The notes below the pieces were generated by a model, which saw only the letters and a program-made list of their open reading frames with translations, made no database searches and was not told where the DNA came from. From NCBI GenBank assembly GCA_048128005.1, contig JBEUKZ010000010.1, forward strand, positions 124,001 through 188,000: a stretch of DNA of 64,000 bases. Reading direction: 5' to 3'. Made by a program: the position numbers and the translations under genes. Position 1 is the first letter of the stretch, and each line of letters opens with the position of its first letter. The DNA is from Veleropilina oligotropha (Eukaryota). This document shows positions 28,101-41,708 of the stretch, piece by piece.

Positions 28101-31100
28101 ACTTCATATAATACAGGTCAGAACCTACTCCTGTTAACTTCATACGGTACAGGTCAGAATCTACTCCTGTTAACTTCATACGGTACAGGTCAGAACCTAC
28201 TCCTGTTAACTTCATACAGTACAGGTCAGAACCTACTCCTGTTGACTTCATACAGTACAGGTCAGAACCTTACTCATGTTGACTTCATACAGTACAGGTC
28301 AGAACCTACTCCTGTTAACTTCATATAGTACAGGTCAGAACCTATTCCTGTTAACTTCATACAGTACAGGTCAGAACCTACTCCTGTTAACTTCATACGG
28401 TACAGGTCAGAACCTACTCCTGTTAACTTCATATGGTACAGGTCAGAACCTACTCCTGTTAACTTCATACAGTACAGGTCAGAACCTACTCCTGTTAACT
28501 TCATACAGTACAGGTCAGAACCTACTCCTGTTAACTTCATACGGTACAGGGCAGAACCTACTCCTGTTAACTTCATATGGTACAGGTCAGAACCTACTCC
28601 TGTTAACTTCATACAGTACAGGTCAGAACCTAGTCCTGTTGACTTCATACAGTACAGGTCAGAACCTACTCCTGTTGACTTCATACAGTACAGGTCAGAA
28701 GCTGTGCCTGTTAACTTCATATAGTACAGGTCAGAACCTACTCCTGTTAACTTCATACAGCACAGGTCAGAACCTACTCCTGTTAACTTCATACAGTACA
28801 GGTCAGAAGCTATGCCTGTTAACTTCATATAGTACAGGTCAGAACCTACTCCTGTTAACTTCATACAGTACAGGTCAGAACTTACTCCTGTTAACTTCAT
28901 ACAGTACAGGTCAGAACCTACTCCTGTTGACTGCATACAGTACAGGTCAGAACCTACTCCTGTTGACTTCATACAGTACAGGTCAGAAGCTGTGCCTGTT
29001 AACTTCATATAGTACAGGTCAGAACCTACTCCTGTTAACTTCATACAGTACAGGTCAGAACCTACTCCTGTTAACTTCATACAGTACAGGTCAGAACCTA
29101 TTCCTGTTAACTTCATATAGTACAGATCAGAACCTATTCCTGTTAACTTCATATAGTACAGGTCCGAACCTACTCCTGTTAACTTCATATAGTACGGATC
29201 AGAACCTACTCCTGTTAACTTCATACGGTACAGGTCAGAACCTACTCATGTTAACTTCATACGGTACAGGTCAGAACCTATTCCTGTTAACTTCATATAG
29301 TACAGGTCAGAACCTACTCCTGTTAACTTCATATGGTACAGGTCAGAACCTACTCCTGTTAACTTCATACGGTACAGGTCAGAACCTACTCCTGTTAACT
29401 TCATATAATACAGGTCAGAACCTACTCCTGTTAACTTCATATGGTACAGGTCAGAACCTACTCCTGTTAACTTCATACGGTACAGGTCAGAACCTACTCC
29501 TGTTAACTTCATACAGTACAGGTCAGAACCTACTCCTGTTGACTTCATACAGTACAGGTCAGAACCTTACTCCTGTTGACTTCATACAGTACAGGTCAGA
29601 ACCTACTCCTGTTAACTTCATATAGTACAGGTCAGAACCTATTCCTGTTAACTTCATACAGTACAGGTCAGAACCTACTCCTGTTAACTTCATACGGTAC
29701 AGGTCAGAACCTACTCCTGTTAACTTCATACGGTACAGGTCAGAACCTACTCCTGTTAACTTCATACGGTACAGGTCAGAACCTACTCCTGTTAACTTCA
29801 TACAGTACAGGTCAGAACCTACTCCTGTTAACTTCATACAGTACAGGTCAGAACCTACTCCTGTTAACTTCATACGGTACAGGTCAGAACCTACTCCTGT
29901 TAACTTCATACGGTACAGGTCAGAACCGACTCCTGTTAACTTCATACAGTACAGGTCAGAACCTACTCCTGTTGACTTCATACAGTACAGGTCAGAGGCT
30001 GTGCCTGTTAACTTCATATAGTACAGGTCAGAACCTACTCCTGTTAACTTCATACAGTACAGGTCAGAACCTACTCCTGTTAACTTCATACAGTACAGGT
30101 TAGAAGCTATGCCTGTTAACTTCATATAGTACAGGTCATAACCTACTCCTGTTAACTTCATACAGTACAGGTCAGAACCTATTCCTGTTAACTTCATACA
30201 GTACATGTCAGAACCTACTCCTGTTAACTTCATACAGTAAATGTCAGAACCTACTCCTGTTAACTTCATACAGTACAGGTCAGAACCTACTCCTGTTAAC
30301 TTCATATAGTATGGGTCAGAACCTACTCCTGTTAACTTCATACAGTACAGGTCAGAACCTATTCCTGTTAACTTCATACAGTACAGGTCAGAACCTATTC
30401 CTGTTAACTTCATACAGTACATGTCAGAACCTACTCCTGTTAACTTCATACAGTACAGGTCAGAACCTACTCCTGTTAACTTCATATAGTATGGGTCAGA
30501 ACCTACTCCTGTTAACTTCATACAGTACAGGTCAGAACCTACTCCTGTTAACTTCATATAGTACAGATCAGAACCTACTCCTGTTAACTTCATATAGTAC
30601 GGGTCAGAACCTACTCCTGTTAACTTCATACAGTACAGGTCAGAACCTACTCCTGTTAACTTCATATAGTACAGGTCAGAACCTACTCCTGTTCACTTCA
30701 TACAGTGCAGGTCAGAACCTACTCCTGTTAACTTCATATAATACGGGTCAGAACCAACTCCTGTTAACTTCATACAGTACAGGTCAGAACCTACTCCTGT
30801 TAACTTCATATAGTACAGGTCAGAACCTACTCCTGTTAACTTCATACAGTACAGGTCAGAACCTCCTCCTGTTAACTTCATATAGTACGGGTCAGAACCT
30901 ACTCCTGTTAACTTCATACAGTACAGGTCACAACCTACTCCTGTTGACTTCATACAGTACAGGTCAGAACCTACTCCTGTTGACTTCATATGGTACAGGT
31001 CAGAAGCTGTGCCTGTTAACTTCATATAGTACAGGTCAGAACCTACTCCTGTTAACTCCATACAGTACAGGTCAGAACCTACTCCTGTTAACTTCATAAG

Positions 31101-33475
31101 TACAGGTCAGAACCTATTCCTGTTAACTTCATATAGTACAGGTCAGAACCTATTCATGTTAACTTCATACAGTACAGGTCAGAACCTATTCCTGTTAACT
31201 TCATACAGTACAGGTCAGAACCTACTCCTGTTAACTTCATACAGTACAGGTCAGAACCTATTCCTGTTAACTTCATATAGTACAGGTCAGAACCTATTCC
31301 TGTTAACTTCATACAGTACAGGTCAGAACCTATTCCTGTTAACTTCATACAGTACAGGTCAGAACCTACTCCTGTTAACTTCATACGGTACAGGTCAGAA
31401 CCTACTCCTGTTAACTTCATATGGTACAGGTCAGAACCTACTCCTGTTAGCTTCACACAGTACAGGTCAGAACCTACTCCTGTTGACTTCATACAGTACA
31501 GGTCAGAACCTACTCCTGTTGACTTCATACAGTACAGGTCAGAAGCTATGCCTGTTAACTTCATATAGTACAGTTCAGAACCTACTCCTGTTAACTTCAT
31601 ACAGTACAGGTCAGAACCTACTCCTGTTAACTTCATACAGTACAGGTCAGATGCTATGCCTGTTAACTTCATATAGTACAGGTCAGAACCTACTCCTGTT
31701 AACTTCATACAGTACAGGTCAGAACCTACTCCTGTTAACTTCATACAGTACAGGTCAGAACCTATTCCTGTTAACTTCATACAGTACAGGTCAGAACCTA
31801 CTCCTGTTAACTTCATGCAGTACAGGTCAGAACCTACTCCTGTTAACTTCATATAGTATGGGTCAGAACCTACTCCTGTTAACTTCATACAGTACAGGTC
31901 AGAACCTACTCCTGTTAACTTCATATAGTACAGGTCAGAACCAACTCCTGTTAACTTCATATAGTACGGGTCAGAACCTACTCCTGTTAACTTCATACAG
32001 TACAGGTCAGAACCTACTCCTGTTAACTTCATATAGTACGGGTCAGAACCTACTCGTGTTAACTTCATACAGTACAGGTCAGAACCTACTCCTGTTAACT
32101 TCATATAGTACAGGTCAGAACCTACTCCTGTTAACTTCATACAGTACAGGTCAGAACCTCCTCCTGTTAACTTCATATAGTACGGGTCAGAACCTACTCC
32201 TGTTAACTTCATACAGTACAGGTCAGAACCTACTCCTGTTAACTTCGTATAGTACAGGTCAGAATCTACTTCTGTTAACTTCATACGGTACAGGTCAGAA
32301 CCTACTCCTGTTAAGTTCATACAGTACAGGTCAGAACCTACTCCTGTTGACTTCATACAGTACAGGTCAGAACCTACTCCTGTTGACTTCATACAGTACA
32401 GGTCAGAAGCTATGCCTGTTAACTTCATATAGTACAGTTCAGAACCTACTCCTGTTAACTTCATACAGTACAGGTCAGAACCTACTCCTGTTAACTTCAT
32501 ACAGTACAGGTCAGATGCTATGCCTGTTAACTTCATATAGTACAGGTCAGAACCTACTCCTGTTAACTTCATACAGTACAGGTCAGAACCTACTCCTGTT
32601 AACTTTATACAGTACAGGTCAGAACCTATTCCTGTTAACTTCATACAGTACAGGTCAGAACCTACTCCTGTTAACTTCATACAGTACAGGTCAGAACCTA
32701 CTCCTGTTAACTTCATATAGTATGGGTCAGAACCTACTCCTGTTAACTTCATACAGTACAGGTCAGAACCTACTCCTGTTAACTTCATATAGTACAGGTC
32801 AGAACCTACTCCTGTTAACTTCATATAGTACGGGTCAGAACCTACTCCTGTTAACTTCATACAGTACAGGTCAGAACCTACTCCTGTTAACTTCATATAG
32901 TACGGGTCAGAACCTACTCGTGTTAACTTCATACAGTACAGGTCAGAACCTACTCCTGTTAACTTCATATAGTACAGGTCAGAACCTACTCCTGTTAACT
33001 TCATACAGTACAGGTCAGAACCTCCTCCTGTTAACTTCATATAGTACGGGTCAGAACCTACTCCTGTTAACTTCATACAGTACAGGTCAGAACCTACTCC
33101 TGTTAACTTCGTATAGTACAGGTCAGAATCTACTTCTGTTAACTTCATACGGTACAGGTCAGAACCTACTCCTGTTAAGTTCATACAGTACAGGTCAGAA
33201 CCTACTCCTGTTGACTTCATACAGTACAGGTCAGAACCTACTCCTGTTGACTTCATACAGTACAGGTCAGAAGCTATGCCTGTTAACTTCATATAGTACA
33301 GGTCAGAACCTACTCCTGTTAACTTCATACAGTAGAGGTCAGAACCTACTCCTGTTAACTTCATACAGTACAGGTCAGAACCTATTCCTGTTAACTTCAT
33401 ACAGTACAGGTCAGAACCTACTCCTGTTAACTTCATATAGTACAGGTCAGAACCTACTCCTGTTAACTTCATATA
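25108..33475. repeat. 36-bp satellite (GTTAACTTCATACAGTACAGGTCAGAACCTACTCCT), left block, about 232 units
   Basis: Directly visible; produces the MKLTGVGSDLYC and LLLTSYSTGQN repetitive ORFs. Confidence 0.98.
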
Positions 33476-34890
33476 CTGTAGAATCATTAATTTTCGTGGG
33501 GAACCAATTTTCGTGGTTTTCGTGGGTAGGCTAAACCACGAATTTAAAGTCCCAACGAAATATGCGTCACCCAGTCAGTTTTAATCTTGGATATCCGTTG
33601 GCGGCCATTTTGGAAATGGTGAACATTTAAAACAAGACGAAATAGATACTACTAAATTTGATCTTAAGGCGATCTTATATACATAGTTTTGTACATATAT
33701 ATACCAAGGGATAAAATTATAGATATTTACACTCAAATTACAGATAAATAAGCGTACTTTAAATACTGCTGATACTTGCATGTATCAGTAACTGTGGTAG
33801 GTTGGTGTTATAAAAACACCATTTAATTGGTAATTAGTCCAGTTTTGGCAAATCCATTCGAAATCAATTGCCTGCGTTGCGTCACTTCCTTGTGAGCATA
33901 AATAATCCAGTTGGCATGAATGGGTTTCAGTGTGGACGCCAGACCCTCTCTAAATGTCTTTGTATTCTTTGTTAACCGTTAAATCCAACGGCTGAAGCTG
34001 TTATGTCGGTGCAACAAGCCGGAACGAACAAAAGGATAATTCCGTTATCCTTTTATTAGTAGGGTCAGTAAGTTCTCCTCTTGGTGAGCCTTTGGAAGAT
34101 TTGTCGGATTGTCAACTCATATAAACAAAAATAAAACTTATTATAATATAAATGTCAAAAACCCGTTTAATAATAGTAAACGTCTATCAATCTACTTTTT
34201 ATTCTATTCATTACACTTCGTACGTTTCCGATATCGGCGGAAATAACCGATGTCCATATAATGTTCTCCTTAACACTGTTACTGATTCGCCGAATTAATT
34301 ATAAGAGAGGTGTACATTTTGTATAAAAACAAAAGTCGATATTACTAACGGTATGTTACCATATTTACCTGTTTTTTTAAATTTGACGAATATTTGGTCC
34401 CTCATACTGCGTACTGATGATTCGCTGACTTTTTTTACCGAAGTCTATCGTAAACTTCCGAGCGGCTTTTGCAACACTGTTGTCGATATAATAGCGGGTA
34501 ATCTTAGCACGCATTTCAAGGTGAACGTTACATAATGCTGGCGGTACTTTGTTTTTCTTTCCTCTTGTTAAATGTGTTAGTTGGTAATCTTTCATGGAAT
34601 TAGCTGGCGTAATCACGTTCAGTGAGTGCTAATCATATTTTAAGATTAAGCTTAGGATTATAAAAAAACACTCGGAGTGTCAGTGTCGGTATTGTCTTTC
34701 ATCTCAAATTGCATTTTCAATTTGTCGTAACTTGACAAGCACAGTACTAAATTGCCAGAAGTAGGCCTATATATTATCTATATTTTATTGATTTTCAAAA
34801 TATGGAATCCACGAAATTAGGAGCCCTCGAAAATGTCTTTTTAAGCAAAACGACGAAAATTGATACCCTCGAAAATAAAGTCATTTACAG
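33476..34890. mobile_element. 1415-bp non-autonomous DNA transposon with TA TSD (Tc1/mariner/pogo-like termini)
   Basis: Ends CTGTAGAATCATTAATTTTCGTGGGGAACCAATTTTCG and CGAAAATTGATACCCTCGAAAATAAAGTCATTTACAG are imperfect TIRs; TA at 33474-33475 and 34891-34892; removing it restores the satellite variant TTCATATAGTATGGGTCAG. Confidence 0.88.
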
Positions 34891-36738
34891 TAGTATGGGT
34901 CAGAACCTACTCCTGTTAACTTCATACAGTACAGGTCAGAACCTACTCCTGTTAACTTCATATAGTACAGGTCAGAACGTACTCTTGTTAACTTCATACA
35001 GTACAGGTCAGAACCTACTCCTGTTAACTTCATATAGTACGGGCAGAACCTACTCCTGTTAACTTCATACAGTACAGGTCAGAACCTACTCCTGTTAACT
35101 TCATACAGTACAGGTCAGAACCTACTCCTGTTAACTTCATACAGTACAGGTCAGAACCTACTCCTGTTAACTTCATATAGTACAGGTCAGAACCTACTCC
35201 TGTTAACTTCATACAGTACAGGTCAGAACCTACTCCTGTTAACTTCATACAGTACAGGTCAGAACCCACTCCTGTTAACTTCATACAGTACAGGTCAGAA
35301 CCTACTCCTGTTAACTTCATACGGTACAGGTCAGAACCTACTCCTGTTAACTTCATACGGTACAGGTCGGAACCTACTCCTATTAACTTCATACGGTACA
35401 GGTCAGAACCTACTCCTGTTAACTTCATACGGTACAGGTCAGAACCTACTCCTGTTAACTTCATACAGTACAGGTCAGAACCTACTCCTGTTAACTTCAT
35501 ATAGTACGGGTCAGAACCTACTCCTGTTAACTTCATACAGTACAGGTCAGAACCTACTCCTGTTAACTTCATATAGTACAGGTCAGAACCTACTCCTGTT
35601 AACTTCATACAGTACAGGTCAGAACCTCCTCCTGTTAACTTCATATAGTACGGGTCAGAACCTACTCCTGTTAACTTCATACAGTACAGGTCAGAACCTA
35701 CTCCTGTTAACTTCATATAGTACAGGTCAGAATCTACTCCTGTTAACTTCATATGGTACAGGTCAGAACCTACTCCTGTTAACTTCATACAGTACAGGTC
35801 AGAACCTACTCCTGTTGACTTCATACAGTACAGGTCAGAACCTACTCCTGTTGACTTCATACAGTACAGGTCAGAAGCTATGCCTGTTAACTTCATATAG
35901 TACAGGTCAGAACCTACTCCTGTTAACTTACAGGTCAGAACCTACTCCTGTTAACTTCATACAGTACAGGTCAGAACCTATTCCTGTTAACTTCATACAG
36001 TACAGGTCAGAACCTACTCCTGTTAACTTCATATAGTACAGGTCAGAACCTACTCCGGTTAACTTCATATAGTATGGGTTAGAACCTACTCCTGTTAACT
36101 TCATACAGTACAGGTGAGAACCTACTCCTGTTAACTTCATACAGTACAGGGCAGAACCTACTCCTGTTAACTTCATATAGTACAGGTCAGAACCTACTCT
36201 TGTTAACTTCATACAGTACAGGTCAGAACCTACTCCTGTTAACTTCATATAGTACGGGCAGAACCTACTCCTGTTAACTTCATACAGTACAGGTCAGAAC
36301 CTACTCCTGTTAACTTCATACAGTACAGGTCAGAACCTACTCCTGTTAACTTCATACAGTACAGGTCAGAACCTACTCCTGTTAACTTCATACAGTACAG
36401 GTCAGAACCTACTCCTGTTAACTTCATACAGTACAGGTCAGAACCTACTCCTGTTAACTTCATACAGTACAGGTCAGAACCTACTCCTGTTAACTTCATA
36501 CAGTACAGGTCAGAACCTACTCCTGTTAACTTCATATAGTACAGGTCAGAACCTACTCCTGTTAACTTCATACAGTACAGGTCAGAACCTACTCCTGTTA
36601 ACTTCATATAGTACAGGTCAGAACCTACTCCTGTTAACTTCATACAGTACAGGTCAGAACCTACTCCTGTTAACTTCATACAGTACAGGTCAGAACCTAC
36701 TCCTGTTAACTTCATATAGTACAGGTCAGAACTTACTC
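34891..36738. repeat. 36-bp satellite, right block, about 51 units
   Basis: Same unit and same variant types as the left block. Confidence 0.98.
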
Positions 36739-37965
36739 TTGTTTGACAGCATTTCCGAAAGTGAATGCCCTGGGAGCCCACGTTATTTATCCACTAGACT
36801 ACAAAGACGTGGTAAGCAAGGGATAATCGATATTTCCGTAATCTTATTAATTATCTTCCAGAATTAATCAAAGTTGTCGGATGAATCTGTGTATCTTTCT
36901 CGTATAACATACTAATGACCAGGCTGGTCCATCGATTACGCCACATACAGTATTCAAGACAATTACCAGCTGGTGATATTATATTCATCAACGTCGGAGA
37001 CGCACTAGAGTATTGGAGAATATTGATTCTTGGATTACGGAAGACGAGACTAGGTAACAACAGCGTTCCATTATGGAATATTTATTGTGACATGTACGGG
37101 AATGTCAAATAAATTCACTGTAACCAAAAAAGTTTTACATTTTTCACTATTTAATGTTCTGATTACACTACGGTAGTGACTATATTTCATAATTTGATTT
37201 CATTTATTGTACCGTTTCAACATCTGTGGTCATATTGGGGGAGGAAAACCTGATAGCAAAATCTGGTAAAACCAATTTGAAATCCCCTTATGAAGGTTAA
37301 GGATACCGTGACTGATAACTCTCTTTCTTATATACCAGTGGTTTTCTCATGCGTTTTCTTGACTAGTTTTACGAGAACCTGTATCATACTCCTGTCTGAT
37401 ACGGATTCAGAATACATTTTCTCCTTATAAATTCAAAATGGCTGCCGAAAAATTACTTAATGTTAGATTCAATTTGAGAAACAACCTGATATTATGGTAT
37501 ATAATAAAATGTTATCAGAAATTAAACGAAATTCGTTCTCACGATTAATTCACCACAAAAAGATGAACTCGCTCAAAGTTTCTGACATATCAGAATCCAC
37601 ATAATGTTGAAAACATCATTATACTGGCCGGAAAATCCTAAACATGTAATGAACTAAAATATGTCGATATGGAATTCAAGTTAACTGCCCAAATTTGCCT
37701 AGCGGAGGTTCAAACCCATTCCTAGAGCAACAAGCAAATGAATTGGAAGCCACACACTTATCCACTCGACTCCCGGGGATGGTGGGGTGGGTGGTGTGTG
37801 GGGATCTGAAATTCCAATATTAAACTTCACCATGCACACAAAAACAATAGTGCTAGAAAACTAATAGCCCAGATATAATATTGATGCAAATGCAAGGAAA
37901 ATCATATATGGCATCGAAATTCTGCAGGTAAATTATATTTTCTCAACTGTTTACATGAAGCCACT

Positions 37966-37993
37966 ATGTATGTATGTATGTATGTATGTATAC

Positions 37994-38026
<33 letters not shown>

Positions 38027-38082
38027 TGTATGTACGTAATGTAATGTAAACGTGTGCGTGTGTGTGTGTATGTATATATATG
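37966..38082. repeat. Compound microsatellite (TATG)n / (TG)n / (TA)n
   Basis: Directly visible. Confidence 0.95.
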
Positions 38083-39189
38083 CATGCAATCACTAATTGA
38101 TTGAAATTGCATCGTTTCAACAGTATATTGCATCGTTTATACATGGTGATCATCTTATAATTGAGACTCGGCATCTGCTTATCATCTCCTCTCCACTGTC
38201 TGCAGGTTCTTTAATAAACAACATAGAAATAAGACGGTATATATACAGATGGCCTTGATAACATTCAGACGTTAACATTAAAACGATAAATAGTTTACAA
38301 AGTCAGAGCCCGGATCATTAGTTGGAGGTTTCATGGAGCCAGTGCTAATTATATAAATTATAAAAACAGGTGCTCTGATGGTTACATCAAAGGTCTGGTT
38401 AATCCATCGTATGCAACAGAGAGGCACTAGTACAGTACTCAATGGTCATCCGATACCCAGTGACTTCAATGAATTCAAAATTAATATAGCAACAACTACA
38501 ATAGAAAAATTTGTTATTTGGTCAATTTCTTGCAAGAACGGTGGATAAAAAACAATGATGTGGATATTGTTTTTTAATGACTAAAAGTACATTATGAATA
38601 CTTTTTGGTCCTAATTATCCATATGTTCTTGCCAGTGGCCTGCTGCCTGACAGTCAGAGTTGTCCATTACTTGACGGTGTAGTTTTTCGCTGGTGTCCAG
38701 GATTTCTTTGTACGATAATATGGACAAGTCCTGGATTCATGACCCTGAAGAGTACCAAAACGCGGCAAAATCGATCTCAACCAAGTTATTGAGTATGTGT
38801 TCCAATGTAAAACCTATATGGGTTATGGTTTGCAGAAGCGACAGCGCCTTTTTGAAAGTGAGGAGGCTGGATTTAACCAAAATGCACTATCAACTGGCCG
38901 CGTGGGTGATGGGGCCCCACGCGGAGGAAAATTTAACAATTAACGGTGTGAAACTCGCTCTCCTGCGTTCTGACAGTGCGAAAGCCAAATTTCTTGGCAA
39001 CATTTATAAACCTTTTTCACAAATTAAACGAGTGCACTGAATTTTCATTTTTTCACAAATTGGGTTGTTCGCATCGCCTGTAAGATTTGACCGTTATATT
39101 TGACCCACCGTCTCTAAACGAATTTCCCTCTTTCGCAAGTTACGTGTCTTATTAGTTGGTTGGCTGGCAACATTGTTTACAACCATTAA

Positions 39190-39360
39190 CAACACCCGGT
39201 TTAAGGTCTCACTCCGATCCGACTGATATGCATTAGGGATATGCCTTCTATTAGTTTCAAACTTTAGAATTAGCCATGCAGGAGCGAGAATTTGAACCCA
39301 CATCCTACCATCCCACTTGACATTTTTCCGACGCTCTAACCAGTTGAGCAATCGAGGACA
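39190..39360 (-). mobile_element. tRNA-SINE (Meta/Deu-like core possible)
   Basis: Reverse complement has A box TGCTCAACTGG, B box GGTTCAAATTC and core TCGGAGTGAGACCTTAAACCGG. Confidence 0.65.
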
Positions 39361-41117
39361 TTACATCATCATGTAAATTAATGATGGTCAAATTATAACA
39401 TACACCATATACCTTTGTCTTTTAATATTTATAACGTAGTATACTAGTATCTTTATTGCTCAACAGCTGCTCCAATCCATGGGTCACGTGTGTCCGAACA
39501 CTAACTACTTTGGTATCTCCAAATATTCAGTTTAAAAAGTCATCATTAGTGAATGGGCCAAATTTTCGAAAGCGATTTTCATGACGACTAACAAACACAT
39601 CAAGCAAACAAAGTTTATCAGTACACAATGTTTATGAATGTTGAGGACTCTGTCAGGTTAATATGACAACATCAACAATACATCAGCCGTGCGCCTTTTC
39701 ACTGTGAGTAACAGCACACTAGTTTGGTCGCTGGAACTATCGAGTTTTAAAAAATAGGTGGGGGGGGCTGAGCCCCCTCTAACCCCCCCCCCCCCCCCCC
39801 GGTTCCGCCGCCCCTGTATGTCTGGCCAGCTATAGACACATGCATTTCATACTTATATTTCACACCTAGGTTACATAATGCCTGCTAGGCCTTCAAGAAC
39901 CTTCATGAAGTGTGCAATAAATTTGTCACCAACGTGGATAATTATGAGTTCCAATATTACAATACCCCTCTTCCTAATCCGAACAGAACATCTGCAGATT
40001 AGGACCTATTGTTGCCCTTAATTGGACCCTACTTTTACCAGTGAGCACTGCAGAAAACGGTATGGTGCGAGGCTGATTTCAATTATTTTCCATCGGTTCT
40101 AATAATAGCAGGCTTATGATATTAATCTGGTCTCTAGCAGTGAATTGCTGCTGCAGGACTCAATGGGTGGTAGAAGTTGATGGATTATGAAGAAACAGTG
40201 GACAGATGAATGCTTTAATTTCGCTCCCATCTGTCAGATTGCATTACCCTCAATCAGCTGAGATCGTTTTTACAAGTAATTTCCTGGGCAATGTAAGGCG
40301 ACTAAAAGCTGGAGATAACTTCTCAGAATGGCAGAGTTAAACTCCAGAAATGTAATTATTTTATTTGCAAATGACATCCTCTGGTGAATTATTTTGGTGA
40401 TTAATAAATATGTCTTCAATTAAATGGTCAATTTAATCAAGGCTATATAGAAAATGATGCCGCCATGCTAAATTTTAAACACCAATATCACTGTACTTAA
40501 AACATATTAGCTGAGGATTAAATAATAAAAAGGTCTATAATTAATTTATTATTATGTTTTATTGTCAAAGAATGGAAGCTGGCATAATTGAGTTGCGATT
40601 TGAAGGCCATCAATAGAATTCTAGAGCACGGTTATCTTAACTGGTTTACTTAGCTGCGGCTCTGATTTCTAAACAAGTGCTGATGCTACAAACAGTTGGA
40701 ATAGAAGGATGCCTTCTGACAGGCTATCTCAGCTGGCCTAATCTCTAGCCAAGTCTCTTATGATAACAGTTCCCTTAGAAATTATCATTCAAGAATTTCA
40801 ACAGCATTCCAGAAAATGCTTTATAACGCACCTGAACAGTTCCCAATTGTCTATTTATGTACTCTGTTACAGAGGAGTTATACTGCCCACTCAGATGTCG
40901 TACAGCCCAGAAGGTATTTGAAATTAATAAGTTAACTTATAGTCGGAAATACATAGTATTTGTAACGTTGTAGTTAGTTTTACAGTTTTTAGGATCTACA
41001 AAATTTGTAAGACAGTCTTCTCCATTCAAATATATTCCTGTAAACCAACTGCTATCTGTAACTACCCAAGAGTTTAGCTGCCAGGCAATGGGTTAAGGTT
41101 AGACTATATGTACTATG

Positions 41118-41708
41118 TACCATGCCCAATCCACGTACCATGCCCAATCCACATACCATGCCCAATCCACATACCATGCCCAATCCACGTACCATGCCCA
41201 ATCCACGTACCATGCCCAATCCACATACCATGCCCAATCCACATACCATGCCCAATCCACATACCATGCCCAATCCACATACCATGCCCAATCCACGTAC
41301 CATGCCCAATCCACGTACCATGCCCAATCCATGTACCATGCCCAATCCACATACCATGCCCAATCCACATACCATGCCCAATCCACATACCATGCCCAAT
41401 CCACGTACCATGCCCAATCCACGTACCATGCCCAATCCGCATACCATGCCCAATCCACATACCATGCCCAATCCACATACCATGCCCAATCCACGTACCA
41501 TGCCCAATCCACATACCATGCCCAATCCACATACCATGCCCAATCCACATACCATGCCCAATCCACGTACCATGCCCAATCCACATACCATGCCCAATCC
41601 ACATACCATGCCCAATCCACATACCATGCCCAATCCACGTACCATGCCCAATCCACATACCATGCCCAATCCATGTACCATGCCCAATCCACCACCATGC
41701 CCAATCCA
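41118..41708. repeat. 18-bp minisatellite (TACCATGCCCAATCCACR), about 33 copies
   Basis: Directly visible; stop-free in all six frames. Confidence 0.97.

Noticed and set aside
25108..36738. 36-bp repeat as a CRISPR array
   Set aside because: Units are head to tail with no unique spacers, there are no cas genes, and the DNA is eukaryotic.
25065..36781. Long ORFs up to 792 aa on both strands (MKLTGVGSDLYC / LLLTSYSTGQN)
   Set aside because: They come from a stop-free 36-bp unit, are open on both strands, and are broken by indels and a transposon; nothing supports a protein.
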